64,000 nt of DNA, taken from assembly GCA_049852185.1 (NCBI GenBank), contig CP187540.1. One strand, given 5' to 3'. Positions 33,357 to 44,021 of this stretch are shown piece after piece (positions within the stretch are counted from its first letter, which is position 1; each line of letters opens with the position of its first letter). The notes under the pieces were generated by a model that did not search any database, was not told the origin of the DNA, and saw only the letters and a list, made by a program, of their open reading frames with translations. Both the position numbers and the translations under genes were made by a program. The stretch comes from Methanocaldococcus sp. 28A. Its GTDB lineage: Archaea > AGJL01 > Methanococci > Methanococcales > Methanocaldococcaceae.

Positions 33357-33577
33357 CCGTTTCCTATTACCATATCGTATTATAGTATAAATAACATATA
33401 ATAACTTACGGCTATGAAAATGTGTTGTCCTCAACCCATAGCTTCATCAAGATTACAAATCTCTCTGCTGTGGGTTCATTGGACTTCGAGCTGAACGGAT
33501 ACATCCCACAAACATTATATTATTAAATTATGTTAGCCTCGAAGGCAATGCCCTCTCATCAGCCAATAAATTAATTA
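33357..33577 (-). mobile_element. IS607-derived mini-element (putative left end + tnpB tail/omega-RNA + right end), copy 1
   Basis: 33410-33576 closely matches 62775-62940; minus strand ends GGAAACGG as in copy 2. Confidence 0.6.
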
Positions 33578-34773
33578 CAGTATCTACGAATATGCACTAT
33601 GTATGCACAACCAGATATTACACATAACCACATTTAAATAATCGAATTTATTTAATAACTTACATATTTCGACGATGAAGAATTTTAAAGAAATACATTC
33701 TTTTTTATTACGAATTTTAATCCAAAAGTTATGAATAACGCATTTAAGCATAAAAAGGAACAACCTAACTTTTAAAGAGGTTGATTTCGTTTTTATAACT
33801 GCATCTTTAAGCATTTTAAATCGTGTTTCAATATTCCATCGTTTTTTATACATTTTTATGTAAGATTCTTGATTTTCAAAGTTGATATTAGTTAAAAAGG
33901 TATAATATACCTTTTTTCTTTCGTTGTTTGTAATTATTTCGTCCTCAGCAATAACTAATTTAGGAATAGTATTTTTATCGATAACATAATCGAATTTCCA
34001 TTTTTCTTCTTTTTTATATTCCTCCTTAAGATAGTATTTAACTTTATCATTTTTCGGAATAAAGCTTATGTAATTACATCCGTATTTTTCAAAAATTTTT
34101 ATTATTTCAAAATTTTTAAACTCTCTATCGGTAAGTACTACAATATTACATGGATTTATTTCTAAATCGTTAATAGTAAAGTCCATAAATTCCTTCACAT
34201 GATTAAGCAACGAATATTCCTTAAAAAGAATATCACAATAGATTATTAACGAAAAATCTTCTGTATGTAAAGTAGCACTATATATTTATACGAACCAGTA
34301 CTGCCCCTCTCTTTTATATATTCGTGAATTAATTCTAAATCTAAATTATTACCATAATAGGCATCATAATGCGTATCTATCGATAGGCAAAAATTTCTAT
34401 TATTTTTTTTAAATCATTGAATATATTTTTAACAAAAGATTTATAAATTTCTTTAAACATAGAATTACCTGCCTTATTTATATATCGATAGTAAGAGTCT
34501 GCCGATGGATAATTTAGCCTTGCTAATGGTCTCTAAATATGTATTATATTATTCGACATCGCCTCTATAAATCCTCTTGTATAATCTTCAACTCGATAAA
34601 TCCTTGGACAAATTTGAAGAACATTGTTTATGAATTCGTTAAATTCATTAAATGATTTTATAGCTAACAATCTTATGTCGTTCATTGTTCTACATCCTCC
34701 TATTTTTTTAATAACTATTCGATATTATGAAATATTAACTTTTCTGTTTATTTTATGATGTTCGGAGATACTG
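33578..34773 (-). mobile_element. ISH3-family (IS4-like) element with disrupted transposase
   Basis: TIRs CAGTATCTCCGAA / TTCGTAGATACTG; fragments SIDT, LTDREF, YKKRWNIETRFKMLK; frameshifts in the 5' half. Confidence 0.85.
33584..34686 (-). pseudogene. ISH3-like transposase pseudogene
   Basis: Start MNDIRLLAIKSF near 34686; broken frame; C-terminal DDE fragment 33584-34210 is open. Confidence 0.8.
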
Positions 34774-34834
34774 TATTCTATCTCTATTATAAAAAATTAT
34801 ATACCTTATAACCAAATTAATATAAGGGATTATT

Positions 34835-37291
34835 ATGACTAACTTAACTCCAATGATGAGGCAATATTATAAAATTAAAGAAAGATATAAAGATGCATTA
34901 CTATTTTTCAGAGTTGGAGATTTCTACGAGCTTTTTGATGAAGATGCAAAAATCGCCTCTAAAGAGCTTGGTATTGTTTTAACATCAAGAGATAAAAAGC
35001 ACCCCATGGCTGGTGTTCCTCATCATGCAGTATTCCCATATATAAAGAGGTTGATAGAGAGGGGTTATACTGTAGCTATATGTGAGCAGGTTGAAGACCC
35101 TTCAAAAGCTAAAGGTTTAGTTAAAAGGGATGTTGTTAGAGTTATAACTCCAGGAACATTAATTGAAGAAGAGCTATTAACTAAGGAGAATAATTATCTT
35201 ATTTCAATATATAAAGGCTGTAAGTTTGGAATTGCATTAATTGATGTATCTACTGGGGAATTTTTAACTACAACTGTAGATAGTTTTGATGAAGTTATAG
35301 CTGAAATATTAAAATTCACTCCAGTTGAATGTATACTACCAAAAGATTTTGAGAATTTGGAAGAAATAAAAAAACATATTCCTGTAGTTCATCCATTAAG
35401 TGATGATTATTACAAAAAAGAAAATAGCTTAAATCTACTTGAAGAATGTATTACTAATTTAAAAAGCTTGGAACTTGAAAATGAATCTATAATGGCTTGT
35501 GGTGCTGCATTGAAGTATATTAAAGAATCTTTAATGATAAAGGAGCTTAAATTTAGATTGCAGAAATATATTAGCAAAGAATATATGATATTAGACTCCA
35601 CTACTTTGAAAAATCTTGAGATATTTAAAAACTTAATTGATAATAGTAGAAGAGGCTCTTTAATTGAGGTTTTAGATAAAACAATGACTGCGATGGGAAG
35701 TAGGTTATTAAAAAGATGGCTACAAAGACCTTTAATAAATGTAGATGAGATAGATAAAAGATTGGAAGCTGTTGAAGAACTCTATGAAAAGAGTTTTTTA
35801 AGGCAAAATCTTAGAGAGATTTTAAAAGATGTTTATGACCTTGAGAGGATAGTAAGTAGAATAGAGTATAAAAAAGCCACACCAAAGGATTTAATAGCTT
35901 TAAAAAATTCTTTAAAAGCCATTGAAGAAATAAAAAACTTTAACTTTACTTCTACAAAATTAAATATAATTGTTGAAGAACTAAAAACATTAAATGACAT
36001 TGTAGAGCTTATAGATAGTGCTATAGTGGAAGACCCTCCATTAAGTATAAAAGATGGAGGGATAATTAAAGAGGGCTTTTCCTATGAGTTGGATGAGTTA
36101 AGAGAACTTAAAGACAACCACGAGAAATTCATTAAAGAGCTTGAAGAAAGAGAAAGAAAGGCAACGGGCATAGAAAAATTAAAGATTGGTTATAACTCTG
36201 TTATGGGATATTACATAGAGGTGCCAAAATCAAAAATTAAGTTAGTTCCAAAACATTATAAGAGAAAGCAAACCTTAGCTAACACTGAGAGATATACTAT
36301 AGATGAGCTTGAGTCAATGGAAACTAAAATATTAGCGTGTGAGGAAAAAATAAAAAATTTAGAGTATGAACTCTTTATAAATATTAGAAATAAAATAGCT
36401 GAGAGAGTTGATGAGATAAGAGATTGTGCTTTAAAAATAGCTGAACTTGATGTATTATCTACATTTGCAGAAGTTTCTGTTCTATATAATTACAAAAAAC
36501 CAAAAGTAAATAATGGCTATGATATAATTATAAAGGATGGAAGACATCCTACTGTTGAATTAACAGTTAAATTTACTCCAAATGATGTTACATTAACGAG
36601 AGATAGTAGGATAATATTAATAACCGGCCCTAATATGGCTGGTAAATCCACATATTTAAGAATGACAGCTCTAATAACAATAATGGCACAAATTGGATGT
36701 TTTGTTCCTGCAAAATATGCAGTTATAGGGGTTGTAGATAGGATATTCACAAGAATTGGAACTGTGGATGATATTACAAGAGGTTATAGTAGTTTTATGG
36801 TAGAGATTGCTGAAGTAGGACAAATATTAAGAAATGCAACGAGCAAGAGCTTAATACTATTGGATGAAGTTGGTAAAAGCACAGGAAGTAGAGATGGTAC
36901 AAGTTTGGCATGGGCTATTGTGGAATATATACACAAAATAGGAGCTAAGACATTATTTGCTACCCATTATCATGAATTAGCAGAGCTTGAGAGCTTATTA
37001 GAAGGAGTTAAAAATTACCACTTTAGAATTATAGAGGGAGAAACATTAGAGTTTGATAGAAAGATAAGGAGAGGAGTTAGTAAGGAGAGCTATGGAATAA
37101 AGATAGCTGAGTTAGTTCTACCTAAAGAAGTAGTTGATAGAGCTTATGAAATATATAAAACCTTAGATACTAAGGTAGATAATAGCATAATCAAAGAAAT
37201 TGCCAATATAGATACAAATAATTTAACTCCAATACAAGCTCTTATAGAGTTAGATAGAATAGTGAAAAAATGCAAGGAAATGAAACACTAA
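34835..37291 (+). CDS. mutS: DNA mismatch repair protein MutS (MutS1, full length)
   Basis: TPMMRQY, GDFYELF (Phe-X-Glu), MAGVP, CEQVE, VRVITPGT, TAMGSRLL, DLERI, GRHP, GPNMAGKSTY, DRIFTRIG, SSFMVE, LDEVG, FATHY, SYGI, LTPIQAL. Confidence 0.96.
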   Translation: MTNLTPMMRQYYKIKERYKDALLFFRVGDFYELFDEDAKIASKELGIVLTSRDKKHPMAGVPHHAVFPYIKRLIERGYTVAICEQVEDPSKAKGLVKRDVVRVITPGTLIEEELLTKENNYLISIYKGCKFGIALIDVSTGEFLTTTVDSFDEVIAEILKFTPVECILPKDFENLEEIKKHIPVVHPLSDDYYKKENSLNLLEECITNLKSLELENESIMACGAALKYIKESLMIKELKFRLQKYISKEYMILDSTTLKNLEIFKNLIDNSRRGSLIEVLDKTMTAMGSRLLKRWLQRPLINVDEIDKRLEAVEELYEKSFLRQNLREILKDVYDLERIVSRIEYKKATPKDLIALKNSLKAIEEIKNFNFTSTKLNIIVEELKTLNDIVELIDSAIVEDPPLSIKDGGIIKEGFSYELDELRELKDNHEKFIKELEERERKATGIEKLKIGYNSVMGYYIEVPKSKIKLVPKHYKRKQTLANTERYTIDELESMETKILACEEKIKNLEYELFINIRNKIAERVDEIRDCALKIAELDVLSTFAEVSVLYNYKKPKVNNGYDIIIKDGRHPTVELTVKFTPNDVTLTRDSRIILITGPNMAGKSTYLRMTALITIMAQIGCFVPAKYAVIGVVDRIFTRIGTVDDITRGYSSFMVEIAEVGQILRNATSKSLILLDEVGKSTGSRDGTSLAWAIVEYIHKIGAKTLFATHYHELAELESLLEGVKNYHFRIIEGETLEFDRKIRRGVSKESYGIKIAELVLPKEVVDRAYEIYKTLDTKVDNSIIKEIANIDTNNLTPIQALIELDRIVKKCKEMKH

Positions 37292-37773
37292 AAAATAAAA
37301 TATTGGATATAATAAAAGAGCTTGAATATATAAATAAAAAACTAAACAGTAAGGCAATAGATAAAGCTATAGAAAATTTAAAAATAGCCATATATGGGGA
37401 TAAAGTAGGAGCTGAAGGATTCTATCATAGCTATATTAGAGAGAAGTTATTGGAGATATTTAAAGGCAATCAATATATTGAATCTTTAGGAACTAAACTT
37501 TCTAATTTAGGTTTTAGACCAGATTTAGTAATTATAAATGATAAAGAGGTTATAATTGCAGAAATAGAAACAGATAAAAAAAGAGCAATAGATAAAATGA
37601 GAAAAATAGCAAATTTAATAGATAATATAAAAAAACATCCTATTGCAACAAATAGAGACGTTAAAATAATATTTTGCTTATTATCTGCAGATAGCAAAAT
37701 TATAAATAAAGCCAAAATGTATGGTTTTGAACTCTTTGTTTTAGATAAAGGTAGATTGAAAAAATTATGCTAA
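37270..37773 (+). CDS. Putative PD-(D/E)XK-superfamily nuclease with N-terminal coiled coil
   Basis: H..IREKL helix followed by RPDLVII...IIAEIET; overlaps the mutS end by 22 nt. Confidence 0.6.
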   Translation: MQGNETLKNKILDIIKELEYINKKLNSKAIDKAIENLKIAIYGDKVGAEGFYHSYIREKLLEIFKGNQYIESLGTKLSNLGFRPDLVIINDKEVIIAEIETDKKRAIDKMRKIANLIDNIKKHPIATNRDVKIIFCLLSADSKIINKAKMYGFELFVLDKGRLKKLC

Positions 37774-37852
37774 TTTTTTATTATTTTTAATTTTTCAAAT
37801 ATTTTTATAATCAAATATATTGAATATAATATTTTTGACACAATTATACACA

Positions 37853-37872
37853 AAACCGAAAAGTTTATATAG
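37853..37872 (+). promoter_or_regulatory. BRE/TATA promoter of the thermosome gene
   Basis: AACCGAAAAGTTTATATAGA about 55 nt upstream of the ATG; GAGGTGA RBS follows. Confidence 0.7.
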
Positions 37873-37924
37873 AATTTCATTAACATATATATACCGAATA
37901 AGGTAACAACCTGAGGTGAGAGAC

Positions 37925-39553
37925 ATGGCAATGGCAGGAACTCCAATAGTAGTATTACCACAAAATGTTAAGAGATACGTTGGAAGAGATGCTCAAAGAA
38001 TGAACATATTAGCAGGTAGAATTATTGCTGAGACAGTAAGAACAACATTAGGTCCAAAAGGAATGGACAAAATGTTAGTTGATGAGTTAGGAGACATTGT
38101 TGTTACAAACGATGGAGTTACAATATTAAAAGAAATGAGCGTTGAGCACCCAGCTGCTAAGATGTTAATAGAAGTTGCTAAAACACAAGAGAAAGAAGTT
38201 GGAGATGGTACAACAACAGCAGTTGTTATTGCTGGAGAGTTATTAAGAAAGGCTGAAGAGTTATTAGACCAAAACATCCACCCATCAGTTATCATCAATG
38301 GATACGAAATGGCAAGAAACAAATCAATTGAAGAATTAAAAGCTATAGCTAAAGAGATAAAAGCTGATGATACAGAAATGTTAAAGAAAATTGCAATGAC
38401 ATCAATTACTGGAAAAGGAGCAGAGAAAGCAAGAGAACAATTAGCTGAAATCGTTGTTGAAGCTGTTAGAGCTGTTGTTGATGAAGAAACAGGAAAAGTT
38501 GATAAAGACTTAATTAAAGTTGAGAAGAAAGAAGGAGCTCCAATTGAAGAAACTAAGTTAATAAAAGGAGTAGTTATTGACAAAGAGAGAGTCAATCCAC
38601 AAATGCCAAAGAGAGTTGAAAACGCTAAAATTGCATTATTAAACTGCCCAATTGAAGTCAAAGAGACAGAAACAGATGCTGAAATAAGAATTACTGACCC
38701 AGCTAAATTAATGGAGTTTATTGAGCAAGAAGAGAAAATGATTAAAGACATGGTTGAGAAGATTGCTGCTACAGGAGCTAATGTTGTCTTCTGTCAAAAA
38801 GGAATTGATGACTTAGCTCAGCACTACTTAGCTAAGAAAGGAATTTTAGCAGTAAGAAGAGTTAAGAAATCAGACATGGAGAAATTAGCTAAAGCAACAG
38901 GAGCAAAAATCATTACAAAGATTGATGACTTAACACCAGAAGATTTAGGAGAAGCTGGATTAGTTGAAGAGAGAAAAGTTGCTGGAGATGCAATGATATT
39001 CGTTGAGCAGTGTAAACATCCAAAAGCTGTAACAATCTTAGCAAGAGGTTCAACAGAGCATGTTGTTGAAGAAGTTGCAAGAGCTATAGATGATGCAATT
39101 GGAGTAGTTAAGTGTGCATTAGAAGAAGGTAAGATTGTTGCTGGTGGAGGAGCTACTGAAATAGAATTAGCTAAGAGATTAAGAAAATTCGCTGAAACCG
39201 TTGCTGGAAGAGAACAATTAGCAGTTAAGGCATTTGCTGATGCTTTAGAAGTCATTCCAAGAACATTAGCTGAGAACTCAGGATTAGACCCAATTGACAT
39301 GCTCGTTAAGTTAAGAGCTGCTCACGAGAAAGAAGGAGGAGAAGTTTACGGATTAGATGTCTTCGAAGGAGAAGTTGTTAACATGTTAGAAAAAGGAATT
39401 GTTGAACCATTAAAAGTTAAAACACAAGCAATTGACTCTGCTACAGAAGCTTCAATCATGCTCTTAAGAATTGATGATGTCATTGCTGCTGAGAAAGTTA
39501 AAGGAGACGAGAAAGGAGGAGAAAGTGGAGACATGGGAGGTGACGAATTTTAA
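37925..39553 (+). CDS. ths: Thermosome (group II chaperonin) subunit
   Basis: [38 protein letters not shown]; strongly biased codons. Confidence 0.98.
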   Translation: MAMAGTPIVVLPQNVKRYVGRDAQRMNILAGRIIAETVRTTLGPKGMDKMLVDELGDIVVTNDGVTILKEMSVEHPAAKMLIEVAKTQEKEVGDGTTTAVVIAGELLRKAEELLDQNIHPSVIINGYEMARNKSIEELKAIAKEIKADDTEMLKKIAMTSITGKGAEKAREQLAEIVVEAVRAVVDEETGKVDKDLIKVEKKEGAPIEETKLIKGVVIDKERVNPQMPKRVENAKIALLNCPIEVKETETDAEIRITDPAKLMEFIEQEEKMIKDMVEKIAATGANVVFCQKGIDDLAQHYLAKKGILAVRRVKKSDMEKLAKATGAKIITKIDDLTPEDLGEAGLVEERKVAGDAMIFVEQCKHPKAVTILARGSTEHVVEEVARAIDDAIGVVKCALEEGKIVAGGGATEIELAKRLRKFAETVAGREQLAVKAFADALEVIPRTLAENSGLDPIDMLVKLRAAHEKEGGEVYGLDVFEGEVVNMLEKGIVEPLKVKTQAIDSATEASIMLLRIDDVIAAEKVKGDEKGGESGDMGGDEF

Positions 39554-39689
39554 CACCTTCGAATAAATAACCCTTAATTTCTAAAATTTTCATTTTTTTA
39601 TTCCAATTAAAATCTATAAATTTAAATTAACAAATTTTAGAGTATATTTTTAGCATCTTCAAATAGGCAGTCCATTAAAACAAGGATGA

Positions 39690-39740
39690 TTATAAAAAAA
39701 TGGGGAGTATCCCAATAAAGGGGCTCCGCCCCTCTATGGT
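39690..39740 (-). repeat. GC-rich hairpin motif resembling Methanocaldococcus CRISPR leader/long-repeat ends
   Basis: Minus strand CCATAGAGGGGCGGAGCCCCTTTATTGGGATACTCCCC; TTGGGATAC also at about 58609; shorter relic at 44005-44027. Confidence 0.4.
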
Positions 39741-41095
39741 TAGGAAACAGTAGCTATTGTCCTAACACATCCTCCCCCATCTCCAACAGGAACACTCTGC
39801 CCATATTTTCCACAGTAACCAACACTCAGCTTGAAATCCTTTGTAATCGCATCCACTTTAAATAATATATCTAATATTTCCCCACTTAATCCAGCATCTT
39901 TTAAAACTTGAGTTAATTTACCATTTTCAATTAAATATGCTTCAACAGCACTAAATTGGAACAAACCTTTTCCTGTATTAACTTGCCCTCCTCTTGAACC
40001 TTTCAAAAATATTCCCTCTTTTGTATCTTCCAAAAGCTCTTCAAAGCTCCAATCTCCTGGTTTTATAAATGTATTACTCATCCTTACAATTGGTTTGTTT
40101 AAGCCTTCAGCTCTACCATTTCCTGTTAGCTCAGCATCCATTCTTCCAGCGGTTTCTCTTGAATGTAAATATGTTTTTAAAATTCCATTCTTAATGATAA
40201 CTGTTCTTTTTCCTTCAACTCCCTCATCATCATATTTGTAAGAGCCGAATGCATCTTTAACTGTAGGGTCATCTATAACTGTAACATACTCGCTCCCAAC
40301 ACTTTCTCCTAATTTATCCTTAAATACACTATCATTTTGTAAAACCAAATCTGCCTCTGAAGCATGTCCAACAGCTTCATGTATAAAGACTCCAGCCAAC
40401 TCAGGGTCTAAAATCACTTTAAATTTGCCTTTTGGACAAGGTTTTGCTTTCAGTAATCTTAAAGCTCTATTTTTTGCTTCTAAAGCTAAATTTAAATAAT
40501 TATCTTTTATTTTCTCAAATCCAAAGCCACCAGTCCTTTCTGCTCCATATTGCAAGTTTCCATTTTCTTTAGCAACACAGTTCATATACATTATGCATCT
40601 TGTTATTTTTCCTTCAATTCTTGAACCTTCGCTGTTTAAAAATATTTTTTTTCCAAAAACATCAGAATAGCTAACAGAAATACTTTTAATCTTTTCATCA
40701 ATCATATTTTTGTAAGTGTCTATAATAATCTCTTTCTTTTCTTCAATATCAACATTATTAGGATTTATTTTTCCAACCATTGTATAGCTATCAATTATTG
40801 CTTTATAATCTTTCAATATAACATCTTTTTCTGAATATTCATTTGAGATTTTAGCCATCTTATATGCCTTATTTATTAGTTTTTCAATCTCCACGTCATT
40901 TACGATATTTGATGTAACAAATCCCCAACCATTTTTGTATAGAACTCTAACCGCTACACCATTTCCAAAACCTGATGACATTTCTTCTATTTTACCATCT
41001 TTCAATGTTATGGTGTTGCTTTCTCCAAAGTTTATTCTTATATCTGCATAATCTCCAACTTCTAACAATTTTTCTATTTTTTCTAAGTTAAGCAT
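39740..41095 (-). CDS. tldD: TldD/PmbA family metalloprotease
   Basis: HEAVGHASEAD, YDDEG, GNGRA, PIVRMSNT, CGKYGQSVPV. Confidence 0.92.
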   Translation of the reverse strand: MLNLEKIEKLLEVGDYADIRINFGESNTITLKDGKIEEMSSGFGNGVAVRVLYKNGWGFVTSNIVNDVEIEKLINKAYKMAKISNEYSEKDVILKDYKAIIDSYTMVGKINPNNVDIEEKKEIIIDTYKNMIDEKIKSISVSYSDVFGKKIFLNSEGSRIEGKITRCIMYMNCVAKENGNLQYGAERTGGFGFEKIKDNYLNLALEAKNRALRLLKAKPCPKGKFKVILDPELAGVFIHEAVGHASEADLVLQNDSVFKDKLGESVGSEYVTVIDDPTVKDAFGSYKYDDEGVEGKRTVIIKNGILKTYLHSRETAGRMDAELTGNGRAEGLNKPIVRMSNTFIKPGDWSFEELLEDTKEGIFLKGSRGGQVNTGKGLFQFSAVEAYLIENGKLTQVLKDAGLSGEILDILFKVDAITKDFKLSVGYCGKYGQSVPVGDGGGCVRTIATVS

Positions 41096-41359
41096 GCTAT
41101 CACCAAGGACATAAATGTTGACTTTAAGATATTTTATTTATTATTAAGAAGGTAGATATAGATATATTGAAAAAGATAGTGTTATTATTTTTGATATTTG
41201 ATAATAAATATACTACCAATTGTAATCTTAGGGTTATATGGGAAGAGCTGAGAATGTTGAGGAAGTTGTATAAAATTCTCCATTTAAAGAATTTAAATAT
41301 AGACCATAAAACGCTAATATAATATAAATTATAATATAAATAATAGGTTGAGACTATAA

Positions 41360-41642
41360 GAGAAATAAAGATTAAATAAATATCTGTAAATAAAGAAAGA
41401 GATGAATCTTATTATAGAAATGTTAAAGGAAGGATTAAGAAGATATTAAGAGGAATTAAAAGTCGATAGAGATTAAAATTTTAGCTGAAATTTTGTATTA
41501 TTTAGGATTATCGTTAAGAAAAGTTTGTCTCTTTCACAGTTTTAGAGTATAAGTCATGAATCGGTTAAATTTTTAACAATCATTAATTGACTCGAATCTT
41601 TCTCCACTCCATATAATTGGCTCCTATCCTTATCTTAATATC
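41360..41642 (+). mobile_element. Internally deleted, degenerate IS6 remnant
   Basis: Matches the 5' part (aagtcgatagagattaaaat...catgaatcggtta) and the 3' end (cttatcttaatatc) of IS6 at 32212. Confidence 0.75.
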
Positions 41643-41803
41643 AATAAATGTAGGAGATATTATTTAATAAAAATACTTTATTTACAACTTTATTTTAAAT
41701 ATTTAAAGATTCAAGAGAAATAACTTTTTTTTGTGAAATATTTCAAATTAATTATAATTATAACACACCGTAATAATCTATACAAAAATCTAAAAGTGAT
41801 ACC

Positions 41804-42454
41804 ATGATATTCATCACAGGAACAGATACTGGTGTAGGAAAAACTTATGTTTCAGCTATTTTAGCAAAGAATTTGAAAAAAATGGGTATTAATGTTGGAT
41901 ATTTAAAGCCAGTTGAGACTGGAGGGAGGGAAGATACTTTAACTTTAAAAAATGTCTTAAAGAATGATGATGACTTGGATTTGATGAATCCAATAAATTT
42001 AAAACTACCTTTATCTCCAAATATTGCTTTTGATGTTGAAAATGTTCATTTAACTTTAGATGAGATAAAAGAGAAAATAATGAATGCCTATAAAACTTTA
42101 AAAAACAAATATGATTTTTTAATTGTTGAAGGAGCAGGAGGGGTTTGCGTCCCTATCAAAGAAAACTTTTTAATGAGTGATTTGATTAAGTTTTTGGATT
42201 TAGATGCAGTTGTAGTTTCAAGACCTAATTTAGGGACTATAAATCATACATTATTAACTGTTGAGCATTTGAGGAATAAAAATATCAATGTTAGAGGAAT
42301 TATTATTAATTGCATAACTGATTTGAGTGAAGTTTTATATTATGAAAAAACATTTGAAACTATTGAAAAAGTTGGTGATATTGAGATAATTGGAATTGTC
42401 AAAAATAAAGAAGATTTTGAGATTAACTTTGAAAAAATATTATTTGGTGAATAA
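41804..42454 (+). CDS. bioD: Dethiobiotin synthase
   Basis: ITGTDTGVGKT, KPVETG, VEGAGG, LGTINHTLLT. Confidence 0.96.
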   Translation: MIFITGTDTGVGKTYVSAILAKNLKKMGINVGYLKPVETGGREDTLTLKNVLKNDDDLDLMNPINLKLPLSPNIAFDVENVHLTLDEIKEKIMNAYKTLKNKYDFLIVEGAGGVCVPIKENFLMSDLIKFLDLDAVVVSRPNLGTINHTLLTVEHLRNKNINVRGIIINCITDLSEVLYYEKTFETIEKVGDIEIIGIVKNKEDFEINFEKILFGE

Positions 42455-42455
42455 A

Positions 42456-43841
42456 ATGAATATTGATAAAAATTTACTTGAAAAATGGGATAAAGGATAC
42501 ATTTGGCATCCATATACACAAATGAAAGAATATAGAGAATCGAAAAACTTAATTATAGAGAGAGGGGAAGGAAATTATTTAATTGACATTTATGGAAATA
42601 AATATTTAGATGCTGTTTCATCTATATGGTGTAATCTATTTGGACACAGTAGGAGGGAAATTATTGAAGCAATAAAAAATCAGGCTGAAAAGATTTGTCA
42701 TTCAACACTCTTAGGTTGTGGAAATGTCCCTTCTATTTTATTGGCAAAAAAATTAATAGACATTACTCCAAAGCATTTAACAAAGGTATTTTATTCTGAG
42801 GATGGGGCAGAGGCTGTTGAGATTGCAGTTAAAATGGCATATCAATATTATGTTTTGAGAGGAGATAAAGGAAGAACTAAATTCATTTCAGTTAAAGAGG
42901 GTTATCATGGAGATACTTTTGGAGCAATGAGTGTTGGAGGAAGCGAATTATTCCATGGAGTATTTAAACCTCTTTTGTTTAAAGGCTATCATACAAATCC
43001 TCCATACTGTTATAGATGCAAATACTATAACTTTAAAGATACTGATGAAAGAAATGAAAAAGGCTGTAATATGGAATGTTTAAATGATATGATTGAGTTA
43101 ATTGAAAAGCATGCTGATGAAGTATTTTGTGTTATCCTTGAAGGAGGAGTTATGGGCTCTGCTGGAATGATACCATTTCCAGATGGATATATTGAGGAAG
43201 TAGCAAAAGCTTGCAAGGAGAATGATATAATCTTTATTCTTGATGAAGTTGCTACTGGATTTGGAAGAACTGGAAAGATGTTCTTTTGCGATAATGAAGA
43301 GCTAAAAAAATTAGAAAAGCCAGATATTCTCTGCTTAGGTAAAGGAATAACTGGAGGATATCTACCTTTAGCTGCAACTCTAACAACTGATAAAATCTAT
43401 AATCAATTCTTAGGAGAATTTGGAGAGAGTAAGCAGTTATATCATGGACACACATATACAGGAAATCAACTTTTATGCTCTGCTGCTTTAGCAACATTGG
43501 AAATCTTTGAAAAAGAGAATGTGATAGAAAATATCCAGCCAAAAATAAAGCTTTTCCATAAAGAGCTTAGAAAATTAAAAGAACTTGAGCATGTTGGTGA
43601 TATTAGAGGTAGGGGCTTTATGGTAGGAATAGAGCTTGTAAAGAACAAAGAAACAAAAGAGCCATATCCTTATGGTTATAAAGCGGGCTATAGAGTTGCT
43701 GAAAAATTGCTTGAAAAAGGTATCTATATGAGACCTATAGGTAATGTAATAATTTTAGTTCCACCATTGTCAATAACAGAAGAAGAGATTATTTATCTAT
43801 GCGATTCTTTATATGATGCTATAAAAGAAGCTGACTTATAA
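42456..43841 (+). CDS. bioA: Adenosylmethionine-8-amino-7-oxononanoate aminotransferase
   Basis: IWHPYTQM, GYHGDT, DEVATGFGRTG, GKGITGGYLP, HGHTYTGN; start at ATG after GGTGA. Confidence 0.96.
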   Translation: MNIDKNLLEKWDKGYIWHPYTQMKEYRESKNLIIERGEGNYLIDIYGNKYLDAVSSIWCNLFGHSRREIIEAIKNQAEKICHSTLLGCGNVPSILLAKKLIDITPKHLTKVFYSEDGAEAVEIAVKMAYQYYVLRGDKGRTKFISVKEGYHGDTFGAMSVGGSELFHGVFKPLLFKGYHTNPPYCYRCKYYNFKDTDERNEKGCNMECLNDMIELIEKHADEVFCVILEGGVMGSAGMIPFPDGYIEEVAKACKENDIIFILDEVATGFGRTGKMFFCDNEELKKLEKPDILCLGKGITGGYLPLAATLTTDKIYNQFLGEFGESKQLYHGHTYTGNQLLCSAALATLEIFEKENVIENIQPKIKLFHKELRKLKELEHVGDIRGRGFMVGIELVKNKETKEPYPYGYKAGYRVAEKLLEKGIYMRPIGNVIILVPPLSITEEEIIYLCDSLYDAIKEADL

Positions 43842-43868
43842 CCATAGGCGCAATAAATCGAAGTCTAA

Positions 43869-43985
43869 TATAGGACTTTCGCAGGGAATAAAATTTTAAA
43901 GCATATTGATGCCTAAAGGCATTTATAACTGTCTGAATGAAAAAATAATATTGAACTGATTAAAGCTAAAGCTTCAAAACTACAT
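43869..43985. repeat. MJRE-like short repetitive element
   Basis: TATAGGACTTTCGCAGG start; internal hairpin GATGCCTAAAGGCAT; lies between convergent genes. Confidence 0.5.
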
Positions 43986-44021
43986 TAGTATATATAAATA
44001 TAGAATGGGCATACCTCCTCT

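Noticed and set aside
37993-39534. Long antisense ORFs (252, 158 and 62 aa) inside the thermosome gene
   Set aside because: Shadow frames caused by strong codon bias; Ser/Ile-rich with no motifs
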